The translations under genes and the position numbers were made by a program. Positions 1 to 8,689 of a stretch of DNA of 31,829 nt are shown piece by piece. How positions within the stretch are numbered: position 1 is the stretch's first letter; each line of letters begins with the position of its first letter. The notes under the pieces are model-generated. The model searched no databases. It was not told the DNA's origin and saw only the letters and a list, made by a program, of their open reading frames with translations. The DNA is taken from NCBI GenBank assembly GCA_040289515.1, contig PSLI01000016.1, positions 1 through 31,829 of the forward strand, in the 5' to 3' direction. Source of the stretch: Candidatus Sysuimicrobiota bacterium. GTDB lineage: Bacteria; Sysuimicrobiota; Sysuimicrobiia; Sysuimicrobiales; Sysuimicrobiaceae.

Positions 1-1
1 G

Positions 2-103
2 GACGCGGACAAGCTCCGGGTGGTGATGATGGAGGACCTGGACGAGCGGGAGTTCCAGCAGGCCCGAGACGAGCTGGGGCCCCTGTTCCGGAGGAGTCGG
101 TGA
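2..103 (+). CDS. 3' end of ABC transporter substrate-binding protein (partial, runs off the window start)
   Basis: Frame from nt 2 reads DADKLRVVMMEDLDEREFQQARDELGPLFRRSR*, matching the C-termini of the SBPs at 1853-2884 (DAERLRVVIMEDLDE...FGRLFR) and 12239-13245. The TGA stop overlaps the GTG of the permease. Confidence 0.85.
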   Translation, partial: DADKLRVVMMEDLDEREFQQARDELGPLFRRSR

Positions 104-1833
104 GCGCACGCACAGCAGCCTCCCAGGTACTGGTCAGCCGCAGGCGGTGGGCCCAGGTGGAGGCCAGCACGTGGATCGGGGGTGGGGTGGGGTTGCTGCT
201 AGCCTTCCTCACCCTGTACCCCACGGCCATGCTCTTCTACGGCAGCCTCAGCGACGCCCCCGTGGGAACCCTGGGCCGGCTGACCCTGGCCCACTACCGC
301 GCTGCGTACACCGACCCTGCCACTTACCGACTCATGGTCAACTCCTTCGTGTTTGCCGCAGGGGCGGCGGGGCTGTCGGTCCTGCTGGGGCTTGTGCTGG
401 CCTGGATCACGGTGCGGACCAACGCCCCGGGCCGACCCCTGTTCGAGCTGGTGGCGCTGGCGCCCAACGTGCTGCCACCCCTCCTGGTGGCCACCGCGTG
501 GACGCTCCTGCTGAGCCCGCGCATCGGCATCCTGAACCTCACGTTGCTGCGCTGGCTGGGGCTGCCGCCGTGGAACGTGTACTCCCTGGGCGGGATGATG
601 TTCGTGGAGGGGCTGGTCCTCACCCCCTTGGCGTTCCTCCTCATCGCTGCGGCTCTGCGGTCCATGGACCCTAGCCTGGAGGAGGCGGCGCGCCTGGCGG
701 GTTCCAACACCCTGGACGCGGCCCGGCGGGTTACGGTCCCCCTGGTGGTGCCCGCGGTGTTGGCCGCGGCCACTCTGAACTTTGTGCGGGCGGTAGAGAG
801 CTTCGACGTCCCCGCGGTGATCGCGCTGCCCGTGGGGATTGAGGTGTTCAGCACCAAGATCTTCCGGGAGGCCCTGGCCGCCTTCCCGCCCAACCACAAC
901 CTGGCGGCCACGTACGCGGTCAGCCAGCTGGCCATCGCGGTGGCCTTCGTGCTCGTGTACCGGCGCATCACCCGCATGTCGGAGCGATACGCCACCATCA
1001 CGGGCCGGGGCTACCGTCCGCACCTGGTGGACCTGGGCCCCTGGCGGTACCTGGCCTCCGGGGTGGCCCTGGCCATCCTCACGGTCCTCGTGGTGCTTCC
1101 CTTCCTGGTGCTCCTGTACGTCTCCCTGATTCCCTTCTACGAGGTCCCCAGCCGGGAGGCGCTGGGCCGGCTCACCCTCCGCCACTACACCTTCCTGCTG
1201 CAGAGCGACCGGGTGGAGCGGGCGTTGCAGGTGAGCTTGGCCTTGGCCCTGGGCGGGGCGTCCGTGGCCATGCTGCTGGCCAGCCTGGTGGCCTACTTCG
1301 CGGTGCGCCGGCGGACCCGGTGGGGCGGTCTTTTGGAGGCGCTGTCCTTCGTCCCGTGGGCGTTCCCGGGCACGGCGCTGGCCATCGGGCTGCTGTGGGC
1401 GTACGTGCAGCTGCCCCTGCCGATTTACGGGACCGTGTGGATCCTGCTCATCAGCTACGTGACCCGGTTCCTTCCCTACGGCCTCCGGCCCATGACGGCC
1501 ACCCTGGTGCAGGTGCACCGGGAGCTGGAGGAGTCCAGCCGGGTATGCGGCGCCGGGTTCGTGCGCACCTTCCGGCGAGTGTTGCTACCCCTGTTACGTC
1601 CCGGCTTCCTAGCGGGCTGGGCCATCCTGTTCACCATCTACGTGCGGGAGTTCAGCACTTCGGTGTTCCTGTACACCCCACGGGCGGAACCCATCGGCCC
1701 GCTGCTGTACCACCTATGGCAGGATGCACAGCCGGGGCGCATGGCGGCCCTGGGGGTGGTGGTGAGTTTGCTGTGCGTGGTGGTGGTGGGCCTAGCACGG
1801 CGGTGGATGGGTACGGGAGAACGAGCACATTAA
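100..1833 (+). CDS. ABC transporter permease, FbpB/AfuB-type with two fused BPD_transp_1 domains
   Basis: 577 aa, very hydrophobic, with two EAA loops (LEEAARLAGS, LEESSRVCGA). Lies between two SBP genes. Confidence 0.92.
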   Translation: MSARTAASQVLVSRRRWAQVEASTWIGGGVGLLLAFLTLYPTAMLFYGSLSDAPVGTLGRLTLAHYRAAYTDPATYRLMVNSFVFAAGAAGLSVLLGLVLAWITVRTNAPGRPLFELVALAPNVLPPLLVATAWTLLLSPRIGILNLTLLRWLGLPPWNVYSLGGMMFVEGLVLTPLAFLLIAAALRSMDPSLEEAARLAGSNTLDAARRVTVPLVVPAVLAAATLNFVRAVESFDVPAVIALPVGIEVFSTKIFREALAAFPPNHNLAATYAVSQLAIAVAFVLVYRRITRMSERYATITGRGYRPHLVDLGPWRYLASGVALAILTVLVVLPFLVLLYVSLIPFYEVPSREALGRLTLRHYTFLLQSDRVERALQVSLALALGGASVAMLLASLVAYFAVRRRTRWGGLLEALSFVPWAFPGTALAIGLLWAYVQLPLPIYGTVWILLISYVTRFLPYGLRPMTATLVQVHRELEESSRVCGAGFVRTFRRVLLPLLRPGFLAGWAILFTIYVREFSTSVFLYTPRAEPIGPLLYHLWQDAQPGRMAALGVVVSLLCVVVVGLARRWMGTGERAH

Positions 1834-1852
1834 GCCGAAAAGGAGGAGGTCG

Positions 1853-2884
1853 ATGTCGATGCAGGTGAAGCGGGTGGTGCTGGTAGGGATCACTCTCTTG
1901 CTGGTGGCAGGGGGGGTCGCGGAGAGGGCGGGCGCACAGGCAGACGCCACCGCGGCCGCACGGGCGGAGGGACGGGTGGTGGTTTACGGGACCATGGCGG
2001 CGGACAACTTCGACGTCATCGCCCGCATCTTCGCGGGCCGTACCGGTGTCCAGGCGGAATACTGGCGGGCAGCGCCCGACCGCCTCCTGGACCGCGTGCT
2101 CTCGGAGGTGCGTGCCCGCCGGCCCGCCTTCGACGTGGTGCTGGGCCCCAGCTACGCCCTCCGGCTGCTCAAGCGGGAGGGGGCGTTCGCCCGGTACGCG
2201 AGCCCCTCCTACGAACAGTTCCCGCGGGCCAGCTGGGACCGTGACGGCGTGCTCTCCCCTCCGTACCGGGTCACGCCCATCGGGATCGTGTTCAACACAC
2301 GGTTGCTGCGCCGGGAGGAGGCGCCCCGGGGATACCTGGAGCTGGCGGAACCCCGCTGGCGGGGCAAGATCGGCATGGCAGACCCCACCCTCAGCATCTT
2401 CAGTGCGACCTGGCTGGTGAACCTGCGGCCGTACCTGCGGGATCGGTGGACGGGCTTCGTCCAGGGTCTGGCGGAGAACGTGGGGAGCCTGGAGGAGTCC
2501 ACCCTGACCGTGGTCAGCAAGGTGGCCGCGGGGGAGGTCCCGCTGGGCATCGCGCACCTCAACTTCATGTACATCCTCGCCCGGGGCGGGGCACCGGTGG
2601 ACTACGTGCGGACCGACCCCATTTTGGCGGACGCACACCTGACGGCGGTGGGCCGCGAGGCGCCTCATCCAAACGCCGCCAGGCTGTTCGTGGACACGTT
2701 AACCTCGCGCGCGGGGCTGCTGGCCCTGGCGCGGGCAGGGGAGTTCGTCGTGGTAACGGGGATCCATCCTCCGATCCAGGACGCGGAGCGGCTCCGTGTG
2801 GTGATCATGGAGGACTTGGACGAGGCCCGGTACGCGCAGTTCCGGCAGGAATTCGGGCGGCTGTTCCGTGGTGGACGACGCTAG
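1853..2884 (+). CDS. ABC transporter substrate-binding protein (Fe3+/AfuA-like SBP family, ligand unknown)
   Basis: AAGGAGGAGG RBS, signal peptide ending AGA-Q, motifs AARAEGRVVVY, PRWRGKI.MADP and APHPNAARLFVD. Confidence 0.9.
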   Translation: MSMQVKRVVLVGITLLLVAGGVAERAGAQADATAAARAEGRVVVYGTMAADNFDVIARIFAGRTGVQAEYWRAAPDRLLDRVLSEVRARRPAFDVVLGPSYALRLLKREGAFARYASPSYEQFPRASWDRDGVLSPPYRVTPIGIVFNTRLLRREEAPRGYLELAEPRWRGKIGMADPTLSIFSATWLVNLRPYLRDRWTGFVQGLAENVGSLEESTLTVVSKVAAGEVPLGIAHLNFMYILARGGAPVDYVRTDPILADAHLTAVGREAPHPNAARLFVDTLTSRAGLLALARAGEFVVVTGIHPPIQDAERLRVVIMEDLDEARYAQFRQEFGRLFRGGRR

Positions 2885-2894
2885 GAGGAAGGGC

Positions 2895-3614
2895 ATGGTG
2901 GGTCGTTGGCCGCGGGCCATCTTCTACGACTCTAAGGGCACCCTCTTCAACTGGGCCTGGACCTGGCGGAGGACGGCGGAGGTGGTGCTGGAACGGTGCG
3001 GGTCCCCGGTGCCCGTGGAAGCCTTCCTGCAGGACTGGATCACCCTCTTTGAGGGGTTCCACCGGCGGGCCGCCTTCCGGCGGTACGCAGACTTCTTCGG
3101 CGTCCTGGTACGGGAGGCCCTGGCGTACGCGTGTCGGCTGCACCGCGTGTCCTGCGACCTTGAGGAGGCGATGGCCCTCCTCACGGGGCTGCAGGAGGAG
3201 GTGGAACCCTTCGAGGACGTGCCGGCGGCCCTGCGACGGCAGCAGGCGCTGGGCGTGAAGATCCTCGTGTTCTCGGACGTGGAGCGGCGGTACCTGGACG
3301 CCTACCTGAGGAAGCTGAAGGACTTCCAGCCGGACTTCGTGGGCACCACGGAGGAAGCACGCATCCAGAAGCCGAACCCGCGCGTCTACCGCTGGGTGCT
3401 GCAACGGGCGGGCCTGGAGGTGCGGGACGTCCTGTACTGTGCGGGCCCCCAGTATGACGTCCAGGGCGCCATGGCCGCGGGCATGAAGGCGGCGTGGGTC
3501 CGGCGCCCGGAGGGCCGACTGGACATGAGCGAAGGGGATCTGCCGGCGGACTACGAGGTGCGGGATCTGCTGGAGCTGACGGAGCTGGTGGCGGCAAACC
3601 TGGGAAGGAGCTGA
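2895..3614 (+). CDS. HAD-superfamily hydrolase, haloacid dehalogenase type II-like
   Basis: Motif I FYDSKGTL, motif II FSD, motif III QKPNP.VY, motif IV YDVQGA..AGM. Start moved to ATG 2895, downstream of AGGAGG. Confidence 0.85.
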   Translation: MVGRWPRAIFYDSKGTLFNWAWTWRRTAEVVLERCGSPVPVEAFLQDWITLFEGFHRRAAFRRYADFFGVLVREALAYACRLHRVSCDLEEAMALLTGLQEEVEPFEDVPAALRRQQALGVKILVFSDVERRYLDAYLRKLKDFQPDFVGTTEEARIQKPNPRVYRWVLQRAGLEVRDVLYCAGPQYDVQGAMAAGMKAAWVRRPEGRLDMSEGDLPADYEVRDLLELTELVAANLGRS

Positions 3615-3615
3615 G

Positions 3616-5007
3616 GTGCTCGAAGAACAAGGCCCAAAGGAGCTGAGGGAGCCCGCGCGGCGGCTACCCGTGTACCGGGAGTGTGACGTGGTGGTGCTGG
3701 GCGGAGGCCCCGCGGGGATCGCGGCCGCGGCTGCAGCGGCCCGGCTGGGCTGTTCCACGCTGCTGGTGGAGCGCTACGGATTCCTGGGCGGGATGGGGAC
3801 CGCGGCGGGGGTGACGAACTTCTGTGGCTTCTATGCCAGCGTTCGCGGGGAACACAGGCAGGTGGTGTTCGGGGTGGGCCAGGAGCTTCTGGAGCGGATG
3901 GCGCGGCTAGGCGGGTTGAACCGGCCGCACCTGTCTCTGGGCCGGCGGATCCTGGCGCAGGCGTACGACGTGGCGGTGTACAAGATCGCGGCAGACCAGC
4001 TGCTGCTGTCGAAGGGGGTGGAGCTGCTGTTCCACGCCCTGGGCGTGGGTGTGGTGATGCGGGATGCAGCGACGGCGGATGCCCTGGTGGTGGAGACCAA
4101 GAGTGGGCGGCTTGCCATCCGCGGGAGGGTGTTCGTGGACTGCTCGGGGGACGGAGACCTGTGCGCGTGGGCGGGAGCCCTGTACGAGAAGGGAAGAGGC
4201 CCCGGGGAGCTGCTGTACCCGACGACCATGTTTCGGGTGGGAAGAGTAGATCCGCAGCGTGCCGGGCGTGCGTGGGAGCTGATCCCGTCGCTGATGGAAG
4301 AGGCGGAGCGCCACGGCCACCGCTTTTCCCAGCGGGCTCCCATCGTGAGGCCGCAGAAAAACCCGACGGAGTGGCGGGTGAACTTCACCCAGATCCGAAA
4401 TCCGGACGGGAGCCCGGTAGATGGGACGGACGTGAGGCAGCTCAGTTACGCGGAGGTGGAGGGGCGCCGACAGGTGTGGGAGGTGTTCGAGTTCCTACGG
4501 GAGTGGGTGCCGGGTTTCGAGGGGGCGTACCTGGTGGACATCCCGCCGCAGGTGGGGATCCGGGAGACCCGACGGGTGGTGGGGGAGTACCAGCTGAGCG
4601 AGGAGGACGTGCTGAGCTGTGCGCAGTTTCCCGACGCCGTGGGCGTGAACGGGTGGCCGGTGGAGGAGCACGTGCTGGGAACGGTCCGGATCCGGTGGCC
4701 TCCGGAGGACGCACGGGGGTTCAACCAGCTGCCGTACCGGATGCTGCTGCCGAAGGGGCTGGCGAACGTGCTGGTCGCGGGACGGTGCGCTTCCATGACG
4801 CACGGAGGCCAGTCCGCCGCTCGGGTGTCGGGCCCGTGCTTTGTCATGGGCGAGGCGGCGGGGACCGCGGCGGCCCTGGCGCTCCGGAAGGGGGTAGCGC
4901 CGCGGGAGCTGCCCGTGCGGGAGCTGCAAGGTCAGCTGGAGGTCCAGGGCGCCTACCTCGGGTACGGAGAGCCCGCGGGGCCGCCCGTGGAAGCGGTGGA
5001 TCGCTAG
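3616..5007 (+). CDS. FAD-dependent oxidoreductase (FAD_oxidored / PF12831-type)
   Basis: DVVVLGGGPAG..AA..AAR.G..TLLVERYGFLGGMGT, VFVDCSGDGD, GIRETRRVVGEY, NVLVAGRCAS, ARV..PC..MGEAAG. Confidence 0.9.
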   Translation: MLEEQGPKELREPARRLPVYRECDVVVLGGGPAGIAAAAAAARLGCSTLLVERYGFLGGMGTAAGVTNFCGFYASVRGEHRQVVFGVGQELLERMARLGGLNRPHLSLGRRILAQAYDVAVYKIAADQLLLSKGVELLFHALGVGVVMRDAATADALVVETKSGRLAIRGRVFVDCSGDGDLCAWAGALYEKGRGPGELLYPTTMFRVGRVDPQRAGRAWELIPSLMEEAERHGHRFSQRAPIVRPQKNPTEWRVNFTQIRNPDGSPVDGTDVRQLSYAEVEGRRQVWEVFEFLREWVPGFEGAYLVDIPPQVGIRETRRVVGEYQLSEEDVLSCAQFPDAVGVNGWPVEEHVLGTVRIRWPPEDARGFNQLPYRMLLPKGLANVLVAGRCASMTHGGQSAARVSGPCFVMGEAAGTAAALALRKGVAPRELPVRELQGQLEVQGAYLGYGEPAGPPVEAVDR

Positions 5008-5021
5008 CATTATAACGGCCG

Positions 5022-5030
5022 TGTTATAAT
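5022..5030 (+). promoter_or_regulatory. Extended -10 promoter (TGtTATAAT) for the DUF502 gene, inside a 10-bp perfect inverted repeat (5007-5032)
   Basis: Perfect TGnTATAAT in an otherwise high-GC intergenic gap: GCATTATAAC-ggccgt-GTTATAATGC. Confidence 0.7.
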
Positions 5031-5068
5031 GCCCGCATGGCTGGGCTTCGGCGCAGGGTGGCACGGCG

Positions 5069-5728
5069 TTGCGGCGGATTCGGACGTTCTTCATCACCGG
5101 CCTCGTGGTGCTGCTCCCGGCGGCGGTGAGCCTCTGGATCGCCTGGCGGGTCGCCGCGTTCATGGACAGCCTGTTCGGCATCTGGGCCGACTACCTGACC
5201 ATGTCGTTGTTCGGCTTTCGCGTCCCTGGGCTGGGCCTGGTCCTCACCTTGTCGTTCATCGTCTTCGTGGGCGCGTTTGCCACCAACTACGTTGGCCGCC
5301 GCCTCATCGAGCTGGGCGAGCGGATCCTGCTGCGGCTGCCCTTCATCCGGTGGATGTATACCACCACCAAGCAGGTCGTGGACGCCGTGGCCGCCACCAA
5401 CCGGGACGCCTTCAAGCGGGTGGTCCTCGTGGAGTACCCGCGGAAGGGGATCTACGCGGTGGCCTTCGTCACCGGCGCCGGCCGGGGCGAGGTCCAGGAC
5501 GTGACGGCTGAGGACGTGATCAACGTCTTTTTGCCGACCACGCCCAACCCCACCTCGGGTTTTTTGCTGCTGGTCCCCCGCCACGAGGTCATCCCGCTGG
5601 AAATGTCGGTGGAGGATGGGCTGAAGCTGGTCATCTCGGGTGGGGTGGTGTCGCCCGGCAGCCGGGATCCGGTGCCGGTTTCCAACCCCGCGGTGGTCTC
5701 GCCCGGCGACGGGGGAGCTCGTCGGTGA
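5069..5728 (+). CDS. DUF502 / COG2928 family membrane protein
   Basis: FFITGLVVLLP, IPF-like LPFIRWMY...KQ, VVLVEYPRKG, FLPTTPNPTSGFL, MSVEDGLKLVISGG. The start is uncertain (TTG with no clear RBS). Confidence 0.9.
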   Translation: MRRIRTFFITGLVVLLPAAVSLWIAWRVAAFMDSLFGIWADYLTMSLFGFRVPGLGLVLTLSFIVFVGAFATNYVGRRLIELGERILLRLPFIRWMYTTTKQVVDAVAATNRDAFKRVVLVEYPRKGIYAVAFVTGAGRGEVQDVTAEDVINVFLPTTPNPTSGFLLLVPRHEVIPLEMSVEDGLKLVISGGVVSPGSRDPVPVSNPAVVSPGDGGARR

Positions 5729-5774
5729 GCAGGTGATCGCCCCCTCTGCGCGGCACCGGCGGCTGCGGGGATCG

Positions 5775-6869
5775 TCAGCTGCCTTCGTCGCGCAGCAGGA
5801 CCACCTTGTCCGGGTCGAACCGGAGCGCGACCCGATCCCCTGGGTTCCAGCCCGTCTCCCCGTAGGCCAGCAGAGGGAGGTCGCCCACCTCGATCCGGTA
5901 CTTTGTGGCCGACCCCTCGAACAGCGCGGACCGCACGGTGCCTTGCCAAACGGTGGCTTCCTCCGGGGGTGGAGCCTCGATGGCCACGTGCTCGGGCCGC
6001 ACGCTGGCCAGCACCCGATCCCCGGCGCGAAGTTCCACTCCGTCGGCGCGGGCCTGCAGCGTGCCGTGATCCGTCTCCACCCAGGCGGTCCCGTGCTCCA
6101 CCCGGACGAGCCTGCCCGGCACCAGGTTGGTGGTACCCAGGAACTGGGCTACGAACCGGGTGCGGGGTCGCTCGTACAGCTCGCGGGGGCTGCCCACCTC
6201 CAGGAGCTTGCCGTCCCGCATCACCGCCACCACGTCCGAGAGGCTCAAGGCCTCCACCTGGTCGTGGGTCACGTACACGGTGGTGATGTTCAGCTGCCGC
6301 TGCAGCGCCCGCAGCTCCTCCCGCACCTGCTCGCGCACCTTCGCGTCCAGGTTGCTAAGGGGCTCGTCCAGCAAAAGAACCTGCGGTTCGTACACCAGAG
6401 CGCGTGCCAGGGCCACCCGCTGCTGTTGCCCGCCGCTGAGGTACGGTGCCGGGCGGTCGGCCAGGGCCGCCAGCCCCACCAGTTCCAGGGCCGCCTGCAC
6501 CCGCTTGCGCACCTCGGCGGAGGGGACTCGCCGGACGCGCAGGGGGTACGCCACGTTCTCGAACACCGTCATGTGCGGCCAGATGGCGTAGGACTGGAAG
6601 ACCATGCCGATCTGGCGGTGCTCCGGGGGTACGAACACGCTCGGAGCCCGGCTGAACAGCACACGGTCCCCGAACCGGATCTCCCCGTCGTCGGGCCGCT
6701 CCAGGCCCGCGATGCACCGCAGGGTGGTGGTCTTCCCGCACCCGCTGGGGCCCAGCAAGGTGAGGATCTTACCCTCCGGAGCCTCCAGGGTCACGTCGTC
6801 CACCGCCCGAACCAGCTGGCCGCGGAACTCGTACGCCTTGCGCAGGGAGAGCAGTTGGATCCGGGCCAT
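5775..6869 (-). CDS. ABC transporter ATP-binding protein (PotA/FbpC-type with C-terminal TOBE domain)
   Basis: Walker A GPSGCGKTT, Q-loop MVFQSYA, signature LSGGQQQR, Walker B LLLDEP, VTHD. Start set at ATG 6869, downstream of GGAGG. Confidence 0.93.
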   Translation of the reverse strand: MARIQLLSLRKAYEFRGQLVRAVDDVTLEAPEGKILTLLGPSGCGKTTTLRCIAGLERPDDGEIRFGDRVLFSRAPSVFVPPEHRQIGMVFQSYAIWPHMTVFENVAYPLRVRRVPSAEVRKRVQAALELVGLAALADRPAPYLSGGQQQRVALARALVYEPQVLLLDEPLSNLDAKVREQVREELRALQRQLNITTVYVTHDQVEALSLSDVVAVMRDGKLLEVGSPRELYERPRTRFVAQFLGTTNLVPGRLVRVEHGTAWVETDHGTLQARADGVELRAGDRVLASVRPEHVAIEAPPPEEATVWQGTVRSALFEGSATKYRIEVGDLPLLAYGETGWNPGDRVALRFDPDKVVLLRDEGS

Positions 6870-6892
6870 GGCACCACCTCCACCAGAGGATC

Positions 6893-8656
6893 CTAACGTG
6901 GCGCGCACAGCACTTCCACGAGGGCCGGCCGACGTTCCTCCGCGCACACCCGCACGGCCCGCGTGAGGACCGCGCCCAGAGCGTCGGGGTCCTCTACGCG
7001 CCCCTCCGCGTAGACGTGGAAGGACTCCGCCAGCCTGCGGTAGTCCACGTCGGGGTTATCCAGGCGGGTGCCCACGCCCTTGTTCTCCACGGGACGCCCG
7101 CGGGCGCGGGCCACCTCCTCTTGGTGCTCTTCGTCGTTGTAATAGGAACGGTTGTTCACCAGCACCACGAGCACCGGCAGGCGGTGGGCGGCGGCCGTGT
7201 ACAGGGCTCCCGGTGTGTACAGGAAGTCTCCCTCCGACTGCAGGTTCACCACCAGCCGGCCCGTGCTGCGGTTCGCCAGGCACGCGCCCAGGGACACGCC
7301 CATGCCGTAGCCAAGGCCGGCTCCCTCGTTGTAACCTAAAAAACAGTCCGGTTCGCGGAACGGCCACAGCCGCCGCGGCCAGCCCTCCAGGCGCCCGTTG
7401 GCCAGCTGCCAGGGAAGCCCCTGCAGGGCGCGCCCCACTTCGTAGGCCAGCCGGGGCAGGGAGACGGGCCGTTCTGCCCACCGGTCCCGGAGGACCAGCT
7501 CCGCCCTCCGGCGTGCGGTGCGGTGCAGCTCCTCCACGAAGCGCCTCCGGGCTTCCCGGGCGGTGGCTCCAGTGGCTGTGGCTCCCAGGCGTCGCTTTAC
7601 CCGCTCCACCAGCAGGGGTAGCGTTACCGCGGTGTCGGCCACCACGGTGAGGTCGGTAGGCTGCAGCTGGTTGGTGTCGTGCACCCAGCCACGGGCGTGC
7701 AGGTCGCCCACGGTCACGTGGGCCACCCGGACGTCCGGCCGCAGGAGGGATGGTGCTCGGCGGGTGGTGCGGTCCACCGGGGCGCGCAGCGCGCCGTACA
7801 GGTCGTACACCTCCAGGGCCAGCACAAAGTCCGCCCGCCCCAGCACTTCCGCCTTCGCGTCGCTGCAGTCCAGGGGATGGTCTGCTGGGAAGTTGTGGCG
7901 CCGTCCCGTGTCTACCACCGCGGCTCCTACGGCCTCCGCAAGCTCCGCCAGGGGTACCAGGGCGGCCGGGTTGCGGCCCGCCCGGTCCGCCAGGAGGACC
8001 GGGAACTCCGCCTCCACCAGCCACCATGCCAGCTGCTCCACCGCGTCCTCCTCCGGGGCAAGTCGCGTGGTCTGCAGGTACCGTTGCGGGTCGGGGATCT
8101 CCACGGGCTGTTCCAGGCGGGCCTCCTGCAGGGCAGCGCCGTAGCACAGATACACAGGCCCCTGAGGTTCCTGCGTGGCGAGACGATAAGCCCGGAAAAA
8201 GGACTCCGGGATGGCTGCCAGGCTCGCAGGCTGGTCATCCCACTTCACGTAGTCCCGGATCAGGTTGGCCTGCAGGTGCGCCGTATGCACCCAGTCGATC
8301 CACGGCCGCCGCTGAGCGGCTTCCATGGGTCCGGTCCCTCCCACCACCAGCACCGGCTCCCGGTCGCACCACGCGTTGAAGATGGCCATGCTGGCGTGCT
8401 GCAGCCCCACCACGTCGTGGACCAGGGCCACCATGGGCCGGTGGGCCGCTTTGGCGTAACCGTGCGCCACGGCCACCGCGATCTCCTCGTGGGTGCACAG
8501 CACCAGCTCCGGAGCACGGTTCCCCGCATAGTTCACCAGGGAGTCGTGGATGCCTCGGAAGGTGGCTCCGGGGTTCAGGGCCGCGTAGTCCACCCCGCAG
8601 CGCCGCATGAGCTCCACGATGAGGTCGGAGCCGTACTCCATGCGTCGGTCCGTCAA
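6893..8656 (-). CDS. Thiamine-diphosphate-dependent enzyme (acetolactate synthase / benzoylformate decarboxylase-like)
   Basis: N-terminal NPG and HEE.A...AHGYAK with the catalytic Glu, PQGPVYL, and a C-terminal ThDP motif variant SEG-X-NN. RBS AAAGGAGG precedes the TTG start. Confidence 0.88.
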   Translation of the reverse strand: MTDRRMEYGSDLIVELMRRCGVDYAALNPGATFRGIHDSLVNYAGNRAPELVLCTHEEIAVAVAHGYAKAAHRPMVALVHDVVGLQHASMAIFNAWCDREPVLVVGGTGPMEAAQRRPWIDWVHTAHLQANLIRDYVKWDDQPASLAAIPESFFRAYRLATQEPQGPVYLCYGAALQEARLEQPVEIPDPQRYLQTTRLAPEEDAVEQLAWWLVEAEFPVLLADRAGRNPAALVPLAELAEAVGAAVVDTGRRHNFPADHPLDCSDAKAEVLGRADFVLALEVYDLYGALRAPVDRTTRRAPSLLRPDVRVAHVTVGDLHARGWVHDTNQLQPTDLTVVADTAVTLPLLVERVKRRLGATATGATAREARRRFVEELHRTARRRAELVLRDRWAERPVSLPRLAYEVGRALQGLPWQLANGRLEGWPRRLWPFREPDCFLGYNEGAGLGYGMGVSLGACLANRSTGRLVVNLQSEGDFLYTPGALYTAAAHRLPVLVVLVNNRSYYNDEEHQEEVARARGRPVENKGVGTRLDNPDVDYRRLAESFHVYAEGRVEDPDALGAVLTRAVRVCAEERRPALVEVLCAPR

Positions 8657-8689
8657 GGCTCCCTCCTTTCACTCCGCGAAAGCGGGGCT

